Source of the DNA: Clostridia bacterium
GTDB taxonomy: Bacteria; Bacillota; Clostridia; Saccharofermentanales; UBA5734
Direction of reading: 5' to 3'
Assembly (NCBI GenBank): GCA_040772725.1
Contig: JAXGXR010000002.1
Span: 949,223 to 1,013,222 of the forward strand
DNA: 64,000 nt
Below, piece by piece: positions 1 to 8,092 of the stretch. A program made the translations under genes and the position numbers. Each line of letters begins with the position of its first letter. Position 1 is the stretch's first letter. The notes beneath the pieces were generated by a model. It was not told where the DNA came from, did no database searches, and was given only the letters and a program-made list of their open reading frames with translations.

Positions 1-6
1 TACGCG

Positions 7-984
7 ATGCGCTATTACCTTGGCATTGATCTGGGCGGGACCAACACCAAAGCCGGCGTTGTTGATGATCAGGGACGAATCCTGCACAAGGACCGGATCA
101 AGACATTCGCCATGAGGGATCAGTATGAGATTGTCCGGGACATGGGGCTTTTGGGTCAGCGCGTCATCGAGGCCTCCGGCATCCCCCTGTCCGGGATCGC
201 GGCGATTGGGGTCGGTTCACCCGGCACGTCAAACAATGAGACCGGTGAACTGATTTTCACAGGCAATCTGTCGTTCCGGCATATGCCGATCCGGGAAGAA
301 TTCCACAAGATGTTCAATCTGCCGTTTTTCATTGGCAATGACGCGAATGTCGCCGCCCTTGCGGAAAGTGTGTCGGGAGCGGCCAAGGGTTCGCGCAGTT
401 CAGTCACAATCACGCTCGGCACGGGAGTCGGCGGCGGGTTCGTGTTGAGCGACCGCATCTACAGCGGATTCAACCAGGCCGGGTGTGAGATCGGGCACCA
501 TGTGCTGATCGTCGGCGGCGAGCCCTGCACATGCGGGCGCAATGGCTGCTTTGAAGCCTATTCATCGGCTTCGGCCCTGATCCGGGACACCATGCGGGCT
601 GCCGGCGAAAATCCTGATTCCATGCTCAATCGCCTGATCGAAGAAAACGGCGGCAAGGCGGACGGTCGGACAGCGTTCATCGCAAGAGACGCGGGAGACG
701 CGATCGGCGCCGCTGTTGTCGACCGCTATATCGACCTGCTCGCCGAAGGCCTCGCCAATGTGATCAACATGCTGATGCCGGAAGTGATCGCAATCGGTGG
801 CGGCATCTCTCATGAGGGTGAGTCGCTGCTTGAACCCGTGCGTGAAAGAGCCCTGTCACGCGGCTTTCTGGCGGCTGGTGTCGTCAAGCCTCGGATTGTA
901 CTGGCCCAGATGGGGAATGATGCCGGCATCGTCGGGGCAGCCATGATGGCCAGGGGTTGCCTGGAGGACGGTCTGGTTGGCTGA
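7..984 (+). CDS. glcK: ROK-family glucokinase
   Basis: 325-aa ORF. ASKHA phosphate-1 motif GIDLGGTNTK at the N-terminus and ROK zinc motif CTCGRNGCFE. Length is typical of Gram-positive GlcK. Confidence 0.85.
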   Translation: MRYYLGIDLGGTNTKAGVVDDQGRILHKDRIKTFAMRDQYEIVRDMGLLGQRVIEASGIPLSGIAAIGVGSPGTSNNETGELIFTGNLSFRHMPIREEFHKMFNLPFFIGNDANVAALAESVSGAAKGSRSSVTITLGTGVGGGFVLSDRIYSGFNQAGCEIGHHVLIVGGEPCTCGRNGCFEAYSSASALIRDTMRAAGENPDSMLNRLIEENGGKADGRTAFIARDAGDAIGAAVVDRYIDLLAEGLANVINMLMPEVIAIGGGISHEGESLLEPVRERALSRGFLAAGVVKPRIVLAQMGNDAGIVGAAMMARGCLEDGLVG

Positions 985-1816
985 AGGGGTATCCGGAGCC
1001 GTCGGCGGTGTCATCCGGCGGATCGCGCTGCGGACCGAATATGACGGTCGCCGTTTTCACGGCTGGCAGATCCAGGATGGGCAACGGACGGTGCAACAGG
1101 TCCTGACGGACGCGCTCTCAGGCATGGTCGGCCATCCGGTCCGGCTGATCGGATGTAGCCGGACTGACGCGGGCGTGCATGCGCTGGCACACGTTTCCCA
1201 TTTCATGACCACTGCGACCATCCCGGCTGATCGGATCCCCTTCGCGTTGAATGGCCGATTGCCGGAGGATGTGGCGGTCCACGAAGCAGTTGAAGTCGGA
1301 GAGGGATTTCATGCCCGGTACGGTACGGTTGCCAAAACGTACCGTTACCTGATCCACCAGTCCCGCACGCCGTCGCCTTTGCTGGCCGGCCGGGCCGCTT
1401 TCGTGCCCAGACCTCTGGATGTCGCGTCCATGCGGCTGTCAGCCAAAGCACTCGTCGGGGAGCACGATTTCAGTGCCTTCATGGATGCGGGCAGCGAGGT
1501 GGGGACGACGGTCCGACGGATCGACCGATTGACAATCGCGCATGCGGGAAGCCAGGTCATGATCGAAGCCTGTGGAAATGGATTCTTGTACCATATGGTC
1601 AGGATCCTGGCCGGCACCCTGGTCTATGTCGGACTGGGGAAGATCGACCCTGAAGACATGCCTCGTCTGGTCCGGCAGGCTGACCGGCGCCTGACCGGCA
1701 AGACGATGCCGGCCTGCGGGCTTTATCTGACGAAAGTTGACTACGAACCGCAAGTATTCTTGCAAGAACGCAGCTTTAGCCAAGGATGGCTAACGGAGGG
1801 AAACACGAATGTATAG
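977..1816 (+). CDS. truA: tRNA pseudouridine(38-40) synthase TruA
   Basis: 279 aa. RIALRTEYDGRRFHGWQ and the catalytic-Asp motif GCSRTDAGVHA. TTG start at 977 lies 6 nt after GGAGGA and overlaps the glcK stop. Confidence 0.9.
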   Translation: MAEGVSGAVGGVIRRIALRTEYDGRRFHGWQIQDGQRTVQQVLTDALSGMVGHPVRLIGCSRTDAGVHALAHVSHFMTTATIPADRIPFALNGRLPEDVAVHEAVEVGEGFHARYGTVAKTYRYLIHQSRTPSPLLAGRAAFVPRPLDVASMRLSAKALVGEHDFSAFMDAGSEVGTTVRRIDRLTIAHAGSQVMIEACGNGFLYHMVRILAGTLVYVGLGKIDPEDMPRLVRQADRRLTGKTMPACGLYLTKVDYEPQVFLQERSFSQGWLTEGNTNV

Positions 1817-3272
1817 CTTACGATGGACCGACCAGACCAACATGACCATGCTGACGGATTTCTATGAGCTGACCATGTCGAAAGGTTATCTGGACCATGG
1901 GTTCGAGGACATGATCGCCTACTTCGACCTTTTTTTCCGGGCGGTTCCGCAGGATGGCGGATTTGCCATCATGGCCGGTTTGGAGCAGATGATCGACTAT
2001 TTGAAATCGCTCCATTTCAGTGAAGATGACCTTGCCTTCCTGATTGAACGAGGGTCCTTCAATGATCGGTTCATCGACTATCTGCGCAATTTCAAGTTCG
2101 CCTGTGATGTCTGGGCCGTCCCGGAGGGGACCCCCATTTTCCCGAATGAGCCGATTGTCAAAGTCCGCGGTCCGATCATCCAGGCCCAGATGATCGAAAC
2201 GATGCTGCTGGTGACGATCAATCACCAGTCTTTGATCGCCACCAAGACCGCCCGGATCGTCCGGGCCGCCAAAGGCCGTCCGGTCATGGAGTTCGGCGCT
2301 CGCCGGGCGCAAGGCTATGATGCCGCGGTGCTCGGCGCGAGGGCGGCGTATATCGCAGGCGCGGCGGCGACATCGTGCACGATCTGCGGTGAACAGTTCG
2401 GCGTGCCGGTGGCCGGGACGATGGCACACAGCTGGGTGCAGGCCTTCGATACCGAGTATGAGGCGTTCAAGGCTTACGCCGAGTCCTATCCGGACGATAC
2501 CGTGCTCCTGGTGGATACGTACAACACGATCAAGTTTGGTGTGCCAAACGCGATCCGGGTGGCCAAAGAGGTGCTGGAACCGATCGGCAAGCGCTTGAAG
2601 GGGATTCGGATCGACAGCGGCGACCTGACCTATCTGACCCTGAAAGCCCGGGAAATGCTGGACGAAGCCGGAATGACCGACTGTCGCATCACGGTCAGCA
2701 ACGCGCTGGATGAATACATCATTCGTGACCTGATCCAGCAAGGCGCGGCGATCGACTCCTTCGGAGTCGGTGAGCGGCTGATCACAGCCCGGGCTGAGCC
2801 GGTCTTCGGTGGCGTCTACAAATTGTCGGCGATCGAACGGGACGGCCAGGTCATCCCCAAGATGAAATTTTCCGACAATGCGGGCAAGGTCACGAATCCG
2901 GGCAACAAGGAGATCTGGCGGTTCTACGACAAGTCGACCGGCAAGGCGATCGCTGACCTGATCACACTGGCCGGAGAAGAAATCGACGAGAACGCGCCGA
3001 TGGAAATTTTTGATCCGTTACACACCTACAAGCGGAAGACTTTGACCAATTTCACGATCCGAAAGCTGCTGACACCGATCTTTGTCGGCGGCAAACTGAT
3101 CTACGCGCGTGTGCCGATTGATGAAACAAGGGCGCAATGTGCCCGTGAAGTCGACAAACTTTGGGAATCGGTCCGGCGCTTTGAAAACCCCCAGACCTAC
3201 TTTGTCGATTTGTCGCAGAAACTGTGGGATATCAAGGACCAGTTGCTGCGTGACAATGAGCGGAACATTTGA
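1809..3272 (+). CDS. pncB: nicotinate phosphoribosyltransferase
   Basis: 487 aa. N-terminal MLTDFYELTMSKGY motif and overall length are typical of NAPRTase. GGAGGG RBS precedes ATG 1809. Confidence 0.9.
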   Translation: MYSLRWTDQTNMTMLTDFYELTMSKGYLDHGFEDMIAYFDLFFRAVPQDGGFAIMAGLEQMIDYLKSLHFSEDDLAFLIERGSFNDRFIDYLRNFKFACDVWAVPEGTPIFPNEPIVKVRGPIIQAQMIETMLLVTINHQSLIATKTARIVRAAKGRPVMEFGARRAQGYDAAVLGARAAYIAGAAATSCTICGEQFGVPVAGTMAHSWVQAFDTEYEAFKAYAESYPDDTVLLVDTYNTIKFGVPNAIRVAKEVLEPIGKRLKGIRIDSGDLTYLTLKAREMLDEAGMTDCRITVSNALDEYIIRDLIQQGAAIDSFGVGERLITARAEPVFGGVYKLSAIERDGQVIPKMKFSDNAGKVTNPGNKEIWRFYDKSTGKAIADLITLAGEEIDENAPMEIFDPLHTYKRKTLTNFTIRKLLTPIFVGGKLIYARVPIDETRAQCAREVDKLWESVRRFENPQTYFVDLSQKLWDIKDQLLRDNERNI

Positions 3273-3340
3273 ACCGGATTGCCATGGTGTGGTCGATCTG
3301 GGACAATAATCTGATCAGGACACAAAAGGGAGGTGCCTTT

Positions 3341-3835
3341 ATGCAGAAACGATTCGCAACCCTGACCATGGCTGATGGCGGAAAAATCCGCCTTGAACTG
3401 GATCCGGAAGCTGCCCCGATCTCAGTGGACAATTTTGTGAAACTGGCGGAAAAAGGATTCTATGATGGTCTCATTTTTCATCGGGTGATCAAGGGCTTCA
3501 TGATCCAGGGCGGTTGTCCGGATGGTACCGGCATGGGCGGACCGGGTTATCAGATCAAAGGGGAGTTCGCGTCCAATGGTGTGCCGAATCCGATCCGCCA
3601 CAAGCGGGGTGTTCTTTCGATGGCGCGCGCCATGGATCCGAACTCGGCCGGATCGCAATTTTTCATCATGCATCAGGATTCGCCCCATCTGGATGGCCAG
3701 TACGCGGCTTTTGGCAAAGTCATCGAGGGCCTGGACATTGTCGACCGGATCGCCAACGCCAGAACGGGCCGGATGGACCGGCCGGTCGAAGAACAGAAGA
3801 TCGCCTCGATCCAGGTTGATCCGATCACTGACTGA
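3341..3835 (+). CDS. ppiB: cyclophilin-type peptidyl-prolyl cis-trans isomerase
   Basis: Cyclophilin signatures FHRVIKGFMIQGG and GSQFFI. Start moved to ATG 3341, which follows AAGGGAGG; the ORF-track start at 3269 has no RBS. Confidence 0.9.
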   Translation: MQKRFATLTMADGGKIRLELDPEAAPISVDNFVKLAEKGFYDGLIFHRVIKGFMIQGGCPDGTGMGGPGYQIKGEFASNGVPNPIRHKRGVLSMARAMDPNSAGSQFFIMHQDSPHLDGQYAAFGKVIEGLDIVDRIANARTGRMDRPVEEQKIASIQVDPITD

Positions 3836-3875
3836 AAGACGGTTGCCAGCTGATTTGATTTTTGAAAAGGACTGT

Positions 3876-5051
3876 CTACTTGAAGGTGGGCAGTTCTTTC
3901 CGTTCATCCGACAGCAGAGTGATGCCGATGACAGGTGCCGCAAGACCGATCAGGGTGATGACGTAAAAGCCGGCATCCAGTCCGTTTGACTGCATGACAA
4001 AGCCGGCCAGGGTCGGTCCGAGCGTGATGCCCAGGCTGTATAACGCCTGGTAGAAACCCATGGCCGCGGCCTGCTTCTCGTACGGGAAGGGAAGGACGAC
4101 CAGTCCAAGCATCAGGGAAAGGGAAGTGCCTCGCGCGATGCCGTTAAGGAAGACGATGATCAACAGGACCGACCAGGAAGGAGCCAAGGGCTGAAGCCCA
4201 CAGGTGACCGCCTGGATCGCCAGCAGGACGACCAGACTGTTGCGCGCGCCGAAGCGGCTGACGAATGTTCGGGCGGAAAGCAGGGAGAAAAGCGCGCCGC
4301 CCAGGGTGGCTGCCAGTTGGATGAAAGCCAGGAAACTGGGCTGGGCGCCCAGACGCAGGGCAATCTGCGGAGTGAACCCCGAGGTTGTGGCAAAGGACAT
4401 GGTCTGGCTGATGATCGCCATCAGACTGACAGCCAGGACCCATCGTGTCTTGCCGACTGCCAGCAATGTCCCGAACGCCAGTGGTTTTTTACTGACAGCC
4501 TTGTCCTTGAGTGTCAGGCTGATGACCATCGGGATGACAGCGGCCATGGCAGCCAGCAGGAAAGCGGATCGGATGCCGTGAGCTTTGGTCACCGGCATGG
4601 CGAACAGGGATGCGAGCATCTGGCCCATCAGGTTGAAAGCGTTGAGCAGGGTCATGGCCCGAACGGATTCTTTCGGGTCGAAATAGGAATTGAACAGGAC
4701 GGACATGGCGACCCAGACCGAGACCGATACGCCGCTCATGGTGCGGAACAGGATCAGCCATCCGACGCTGGGGGACCAATATAGGCCAATTGCCGCGATG
4801 ATGCCGGCCAGACAGCCTACACGGATGAAAACCCGCCGATTGTTGTATCGGTCGGACAGGATGCCGATCGGGATCCGCAGGGTCAATTGAGCCCAGCCGT
4901 ACGAGCCCAGCATCACGCCGACCAGGGCCGCGTTCGGCGTCATCGTGGTGGCATAGGCTGAGAGATAGGGGACATAAGCGTAGTTGGCGAACCAGAAGAA
5001 CAGGGTCAGGACATAGAAAAGCCAGATGCGTACCTTGTTTGAAATGACCAT
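3876..5051 (-). CDS. MFS transporter
   Basis: About 12 hydrophobic segments and an MFS-like loop motif GILSDRYNNRR. Start trimmed to ATG 5051 (MVISNK...) behind a GGGGG RBS; the upstream 36 codons look non-coding. Confidence 0.8.
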   Translation of the reverse strand: MVISNKVRIWLFYVLTLFFWFANYAYVPYLSAYATTMTPNAALVGVMLGSYGWAQLTLRIPIGILSDRYNNRRVFIRVGCLAGIIAAIGLYWSPSVGWLILFRTMSGVSVSVWVAMSVLFNSYFDPKESVRAMTLLNAFNLMGQMLASLFAMPVTKAHGIRSAFLLAAMAAVIPMVISLTLKDKAVSKKPLAFGTLLAVGKTRWVLAVSLMAIISQTMSFATTSGFTPQIALRLGAQPSFLAFIQLAATLGGALFSLLSARTFVSRFGARNSLVVLLAIQAVTCGLQPLAPSWSVLLIIVFLNGIARGTSLSLMLGLVVLPFPYEKQAAAMGFYQALYSLGITLGPTLAGFVMQSNGLDAGFYVITLIGLAAPVIGITLLSDERKELPTFK

Positions 5052-5182
5052 GACACCCCCTGGGAGCGGGCCTGGCATTGCCTTGCCGAGACGGCCGCAC
5101 ATGAACTGACGACTGTTACAGCATAAGCCACACAGCCGGATTTCACAACGGGTCCGCACAGCCAGGAACGCACCAAGTGGGA

Positions 5183-5827
5183 TTAACGGTTCAGGGCCTT
5201 CCTCACGGTCGCGTCAAGGACCGGGTCCACTTCGATCTGGAGTGTTCGCTTGCCTTTCAGGTCTTTCCGGCGGTCAAGCGAATCTGCCGCTTCGACGATC
5301 CATTTGATGGCCAGTTCGGCTTTAATGTGCCGGGTGTCGATGACCAGGTCAAAGTAGGCCGCGTCGTCCGCCTTGACATTGTAGTAGGTCTGGAGGAAGC
5401 TGCCGCGGATGCGGTCATTCTGATCGACGACCCTTTCGGCATCCTTGCGCTCCTGCAGTTCGAGCGTCATCATGGTGCTGATGATCCGATGCTCGCGGGG
5501 TGCCTTGATCAGGACATTCAGGACATTGTCGTAATCCTGGAGCACCATGTAGCCGCCGCGTCCGCGGATCACGACATTGTCCTGCCTGGCAAACGCTTCG
5601 AGGGTCTTGTCCAGCATCCGGACACTATTGACCTTGTCCGAGTCCAGCCGGTCCCAGATGGAGTGGTCCGCGTCATAGAATTTGCCGAAAGTGACCATGC
5701 CGTATTGTGAAAGGATCGATTCGATCATCGTTTTATCCACAAACGAATAGCCTTTGGCGTTCGCGACCTCTTGGCTGATCAAATCGCCAAGGCTGCCGTA
5801 ATCACGGGAAATGGTGATGATTGCCAT
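5183..5827 (-). CDS. cytidylate kinase-like family protein (AAA/NMP-kinase fold)
   Basis: 214 aa. N-terminal MAIITISRDYGSLG P-loop-like start resembles the cytidylate-kinase-like family common in Clostridia. It is the last gene of the minus-strand GRE1 gene string. Confidence 0.55.
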   Translation of the reverse strand: MAIITISRDYGSLGDLISQEVANAKGYSFVDKTMIESILSQYGMVTFGKFYDADHSIWDRLDSDKVNSVRMLDKTLEAFARQDNVVIRGRGGYMVLQDYDNVLNVLIKAPREHRIISTMMTLELQERKDAERVVDQNDRIRGSFLQTYYNVKADDAAYFDLVIDTRHIKAELAIKWIVEAADSLDRRKDLKGKRTLQIEVDPVLDATVRKALNR

Positions 5828-5889
5828 TGTTTTCTCCTTTCAGCCCTCAGAAGGGACAATAGGGGGCATGAACCAGGCCTGACGGCCAG

Positions 5890-6702
5890 TCATTTGCTGT
5901 TCACGTAATCGACCATCGCCTTTTCCATGACCTCGAAAGGCGCGTCGACACCCGTGTACAATTCAAATTGGCCGCAGGCCTGGTAGAGCAGCATCTTGTA
6001 CCCCTCGATCGCGGTGCAGCCGGCTGCGCGGGCCTCTTTGACGAAGGTTGTCTCGATCGGGATGAACACAGCGTCAAGCACAATGGACCCGGGGCGGAAG
6101 CGATCCCGGGTCAGGATCGTTTCGGTGGTCTTGAAACCGACTGACGTGCAATTGATGAGAATGTCATATTCCGTGCGGCTGTCCAGTAGTTCCGGCTTGC
6201 CGGCGAAAGTGACGCCAAACTGGTCAGCGACACGCTGCCCTTCGTCTTCGAAGATATTGTAGATGGAGATGTCGGTGGTGTATTTTTTCAGTCCCCAGGT
6301 GACCGCTTTGCCGGCTCCGCCAGCGCCGATGATGGCGACTTTTTTGCCCTTCAGGTCGGTGATGCGCGCCAACGCGCGGATCGCGCCCATGTAATCCGTG
6401 TTGTAACCGGTCAGCACACCCTGGTCATTGACCACGGTGTTCACCGCGCCGATCTCGCGGGCCGAGTCATCCAGACGATCGAGATACTGGATGACATCAA
6501 CCTTGAACGGCATGGTCACGCCCATCCCGCGAAACCCGAGGTTGCGGACAGACGCGACAGCCTGCTGCAGGTCGTCCGGCTCGAAAGACACATAGACATA
6601 CTTCAGTCCCAGATGACTGAACGCCGCGTTGTGCATGACGACGCCCATGCCACCGATTGATCCGGCAATCGAGCAGCAGACGACAGGATAACTTTTGGCC
6701 AT
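5890..6702 (-). CDS. shikimate/quinate dehydrogenase family oxidoreductase
   Basis: 270 aa. AroE-like motifs GMGVTMPFK, GAVNTVV and YNTDYMG, plus Rossmann motif IGAGGAGKA. GGGAGG RBS. Confidence 0.75.
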   Translation of the reverse strand: MAKSYPVVCCSIAGSIGGMGVVMHNAAFSHLGLKYVYVSFEPDDLQQAVASVRNLGFRGMGVTMPFKVDVIQYLDRLDDSAREIGAVNTVVNDQGVLTGYNTDYMGAIRALARITDLKGKKVAIIGAGGAGKAVTWGLKKYTTDISIYNIFEDEGQRVADQFGVTFAGKPELLDSRTEYDILINCTSVGFKTTETILTRDRFRPGSIVLDAVFIPIETTFVKEARAAGCTAIEGYKMLLYQACGQFELYTGVDAPFEVMEKAMVDYVNSK

Positions 6703-6728
6703 GGTGAAAACCTCCCTGATTTTCGATT

Positions 6729-7706
6729 TCAGATGTCGCAGGAACAGTTGTCGAACAAGAGCTGCTCCGCGCCGATGATGCCGAAATCGCTTCCGAGCTC
6801 GGCGTACTTGAAATAGACCGGCATGTCTTTCTGTGACTGGTTGAAACGGTCGAAATGATGACGCACTTTGTCGAACAGGAAATCGCCCATCCGGGAAAGT
6901 CCGCCGCCGAAAACGTACAGGTTGATGTTGAACGCCTGATACAGGTTGAATGTCCAGACGCCGAGGTAATAGGCCATTTGATCGACAGCCCGGTTCGCGA
7001 GTCTGTCTCCGGCTTTCGCGGCGTCTTCCAGGATCCTGCCATCGATTGCTTCCGGGTCGCCGCCGGCCATTTCAAGCATGGTGCTCGTTTCTCCCTGCTC
7101 CAGCCAGGCTCGTATGTGGCGGACGATCATCGAACCGGACGAGTAGGACATGAAGCAACCCTGATTGCCACAGCCGCACATCAGACCGGCATCCGGCGTG
7201 ATCAGCATGTGTCCGGTTTCACCGGAAGCGCCATAACTGCCGCGGAAGAGGTTATTGTTGATGATGATCCCGTTGGCGATACCGGTGCTGACGGCACAAT
7301 AGAGCATATGCTTCGCGCCCCGCCCCGCCCCGAACCGATGCTCCGCGATCGCGGCCACGTTGCAGTCGTTGTCCAGCAGGACACGGACACCGAGTTTTTG
7401 TTCAAAGAAAACCTTCGCGTCGCAATTCTGCAGCGTGCAGATGTTGGACGTGCAGAGAATGCGGCCTTTTTCGAAATCAATGTAAGAAGGGAACGCCAGG
7501 CCTACGCCGTCGATATCGGCCATGTCCAGCCCATTGCTTTCCACCAGACTGAAAATGCCGTCCACGATCGACTGGAGAATGTCCTCGCTGGTCCCATCCT
7601 GCCGGGTCGCATGCTTCGAGCGGGCGACAATCGTGTGGTCTTCATCGAACAGACCGTAGGCGACTTTTGTGCCGCCCACATCGACGCCGACGCAATATTT
7701 GCCCAT
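6729..7706 (-). CDS. ROK-family sugar kinase
   Basis: GVDVGGTKVAYG phosphate-1 motif and ROK Cys motif CGCGNQGCFM. Start placed at ATG 7706 (MGKYCVG). An alternative ATG at 7760 forms an ATGA overlap with the Dabb stop codon. Confidence 0.8.
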   Translation of the reverse strand: MGKYCVGVDVGGTKVAYGLFDEDHTIVARSKHATRQDGTSEDILQSIVDGIFSLVESNGLDMADIDGVGLAFPSYIDFEKGRILCTSNICTLQNCDAKVFFEQKLGVRVLLDNDCNVAAIAEHRFGAGRGAKHMLYCAVSTGIANGIIINNNLFRGSYGASGETGHMLITPDAGLMCGCGNQGCFMSYSSGSMIVRHIRAWLEQGETSTMLEMAGGDPEAIDGRILEDAAKAGDRLANRAVDQMAYYLGVWTFNLYQAFNINLYVFGGGLSRMGDFLFDKVRHHFDRFNQSQKDMPVYFKYAELGSDFGIIGAEQLLFDNCSCDI

Positions 7707-7756
7707 AGAATCATCCTTTCGCGTGTGCCCGGCCATTGGACCGGCTGGTTCGAGGG

Positions 7757-8038
7757 TCATTCCAGATAGTCAACGCTGTACGACGCGGCCCGGATCCTCC
7801 GGACTTCCTCCCGGATCAGCTGATGATAGTCACTGGTGTCATAGCGTTTCAGCCCGTCCATGTCCTTGAAATCAAGAATGAAGCAAAAATCACAGGAACT
7901 GTTCAGGTGAGAGATGTCCTCGCCAGCAGAGACGGCAAGAACGTCGGGGATGTGACGGGCGCAGTCCATCACCAGCGCTTGGCAGCGGGTGGCGTCATAG
8001 CCGTTCTTGAGCCGGATCATGACAACGTGCTTCAACAT
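7757..8038 (-). CDS. Dabb (stress-responsive alpha/beta-barrel) domain protein
   Basis: 93 aa. MLKHVVMIRLK ... HIPDV ... FKDMDGLKRYDTSDYHQ pattern is typical of Dabb family proteins. Confidence 0.7.
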   Translation of the reverse strand: MLKHVVMIRLKNGYDATRCQALVMDCARHIPDVLAVSAGEDISHLNSSCDFCFILDFKDMDGLKRYDTSDYHQLIREEVRRIRAASYSVDYLE

Positions 8039-8060
8039 GTCCTGTCCTTCGTGATTCAGG

Positions 8061-8084
8061 CGTCCGGCCAGGCCCGGCCGGACG
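8061..8084 (-). other. GC-rich intercistronic stem-loop between GRE1 and the Dabb gene
   Basis: CGTCCGGCC / GGCCGGACG 9-bp perfect stem with a 6-nt loop and no U-tract. Likely an mRNA processing or stability element rather than a terminator. Confidence 0.4.
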
Positions 8085-8092
8085 GGCGGGCA

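Noticed and set aside
6855-7769. 304-aa plus-strand ORF
   Set aside because: It is antisense to the ROK kinase gene, which has clear ASKHA and zinc motifs. It has no motif of its own.
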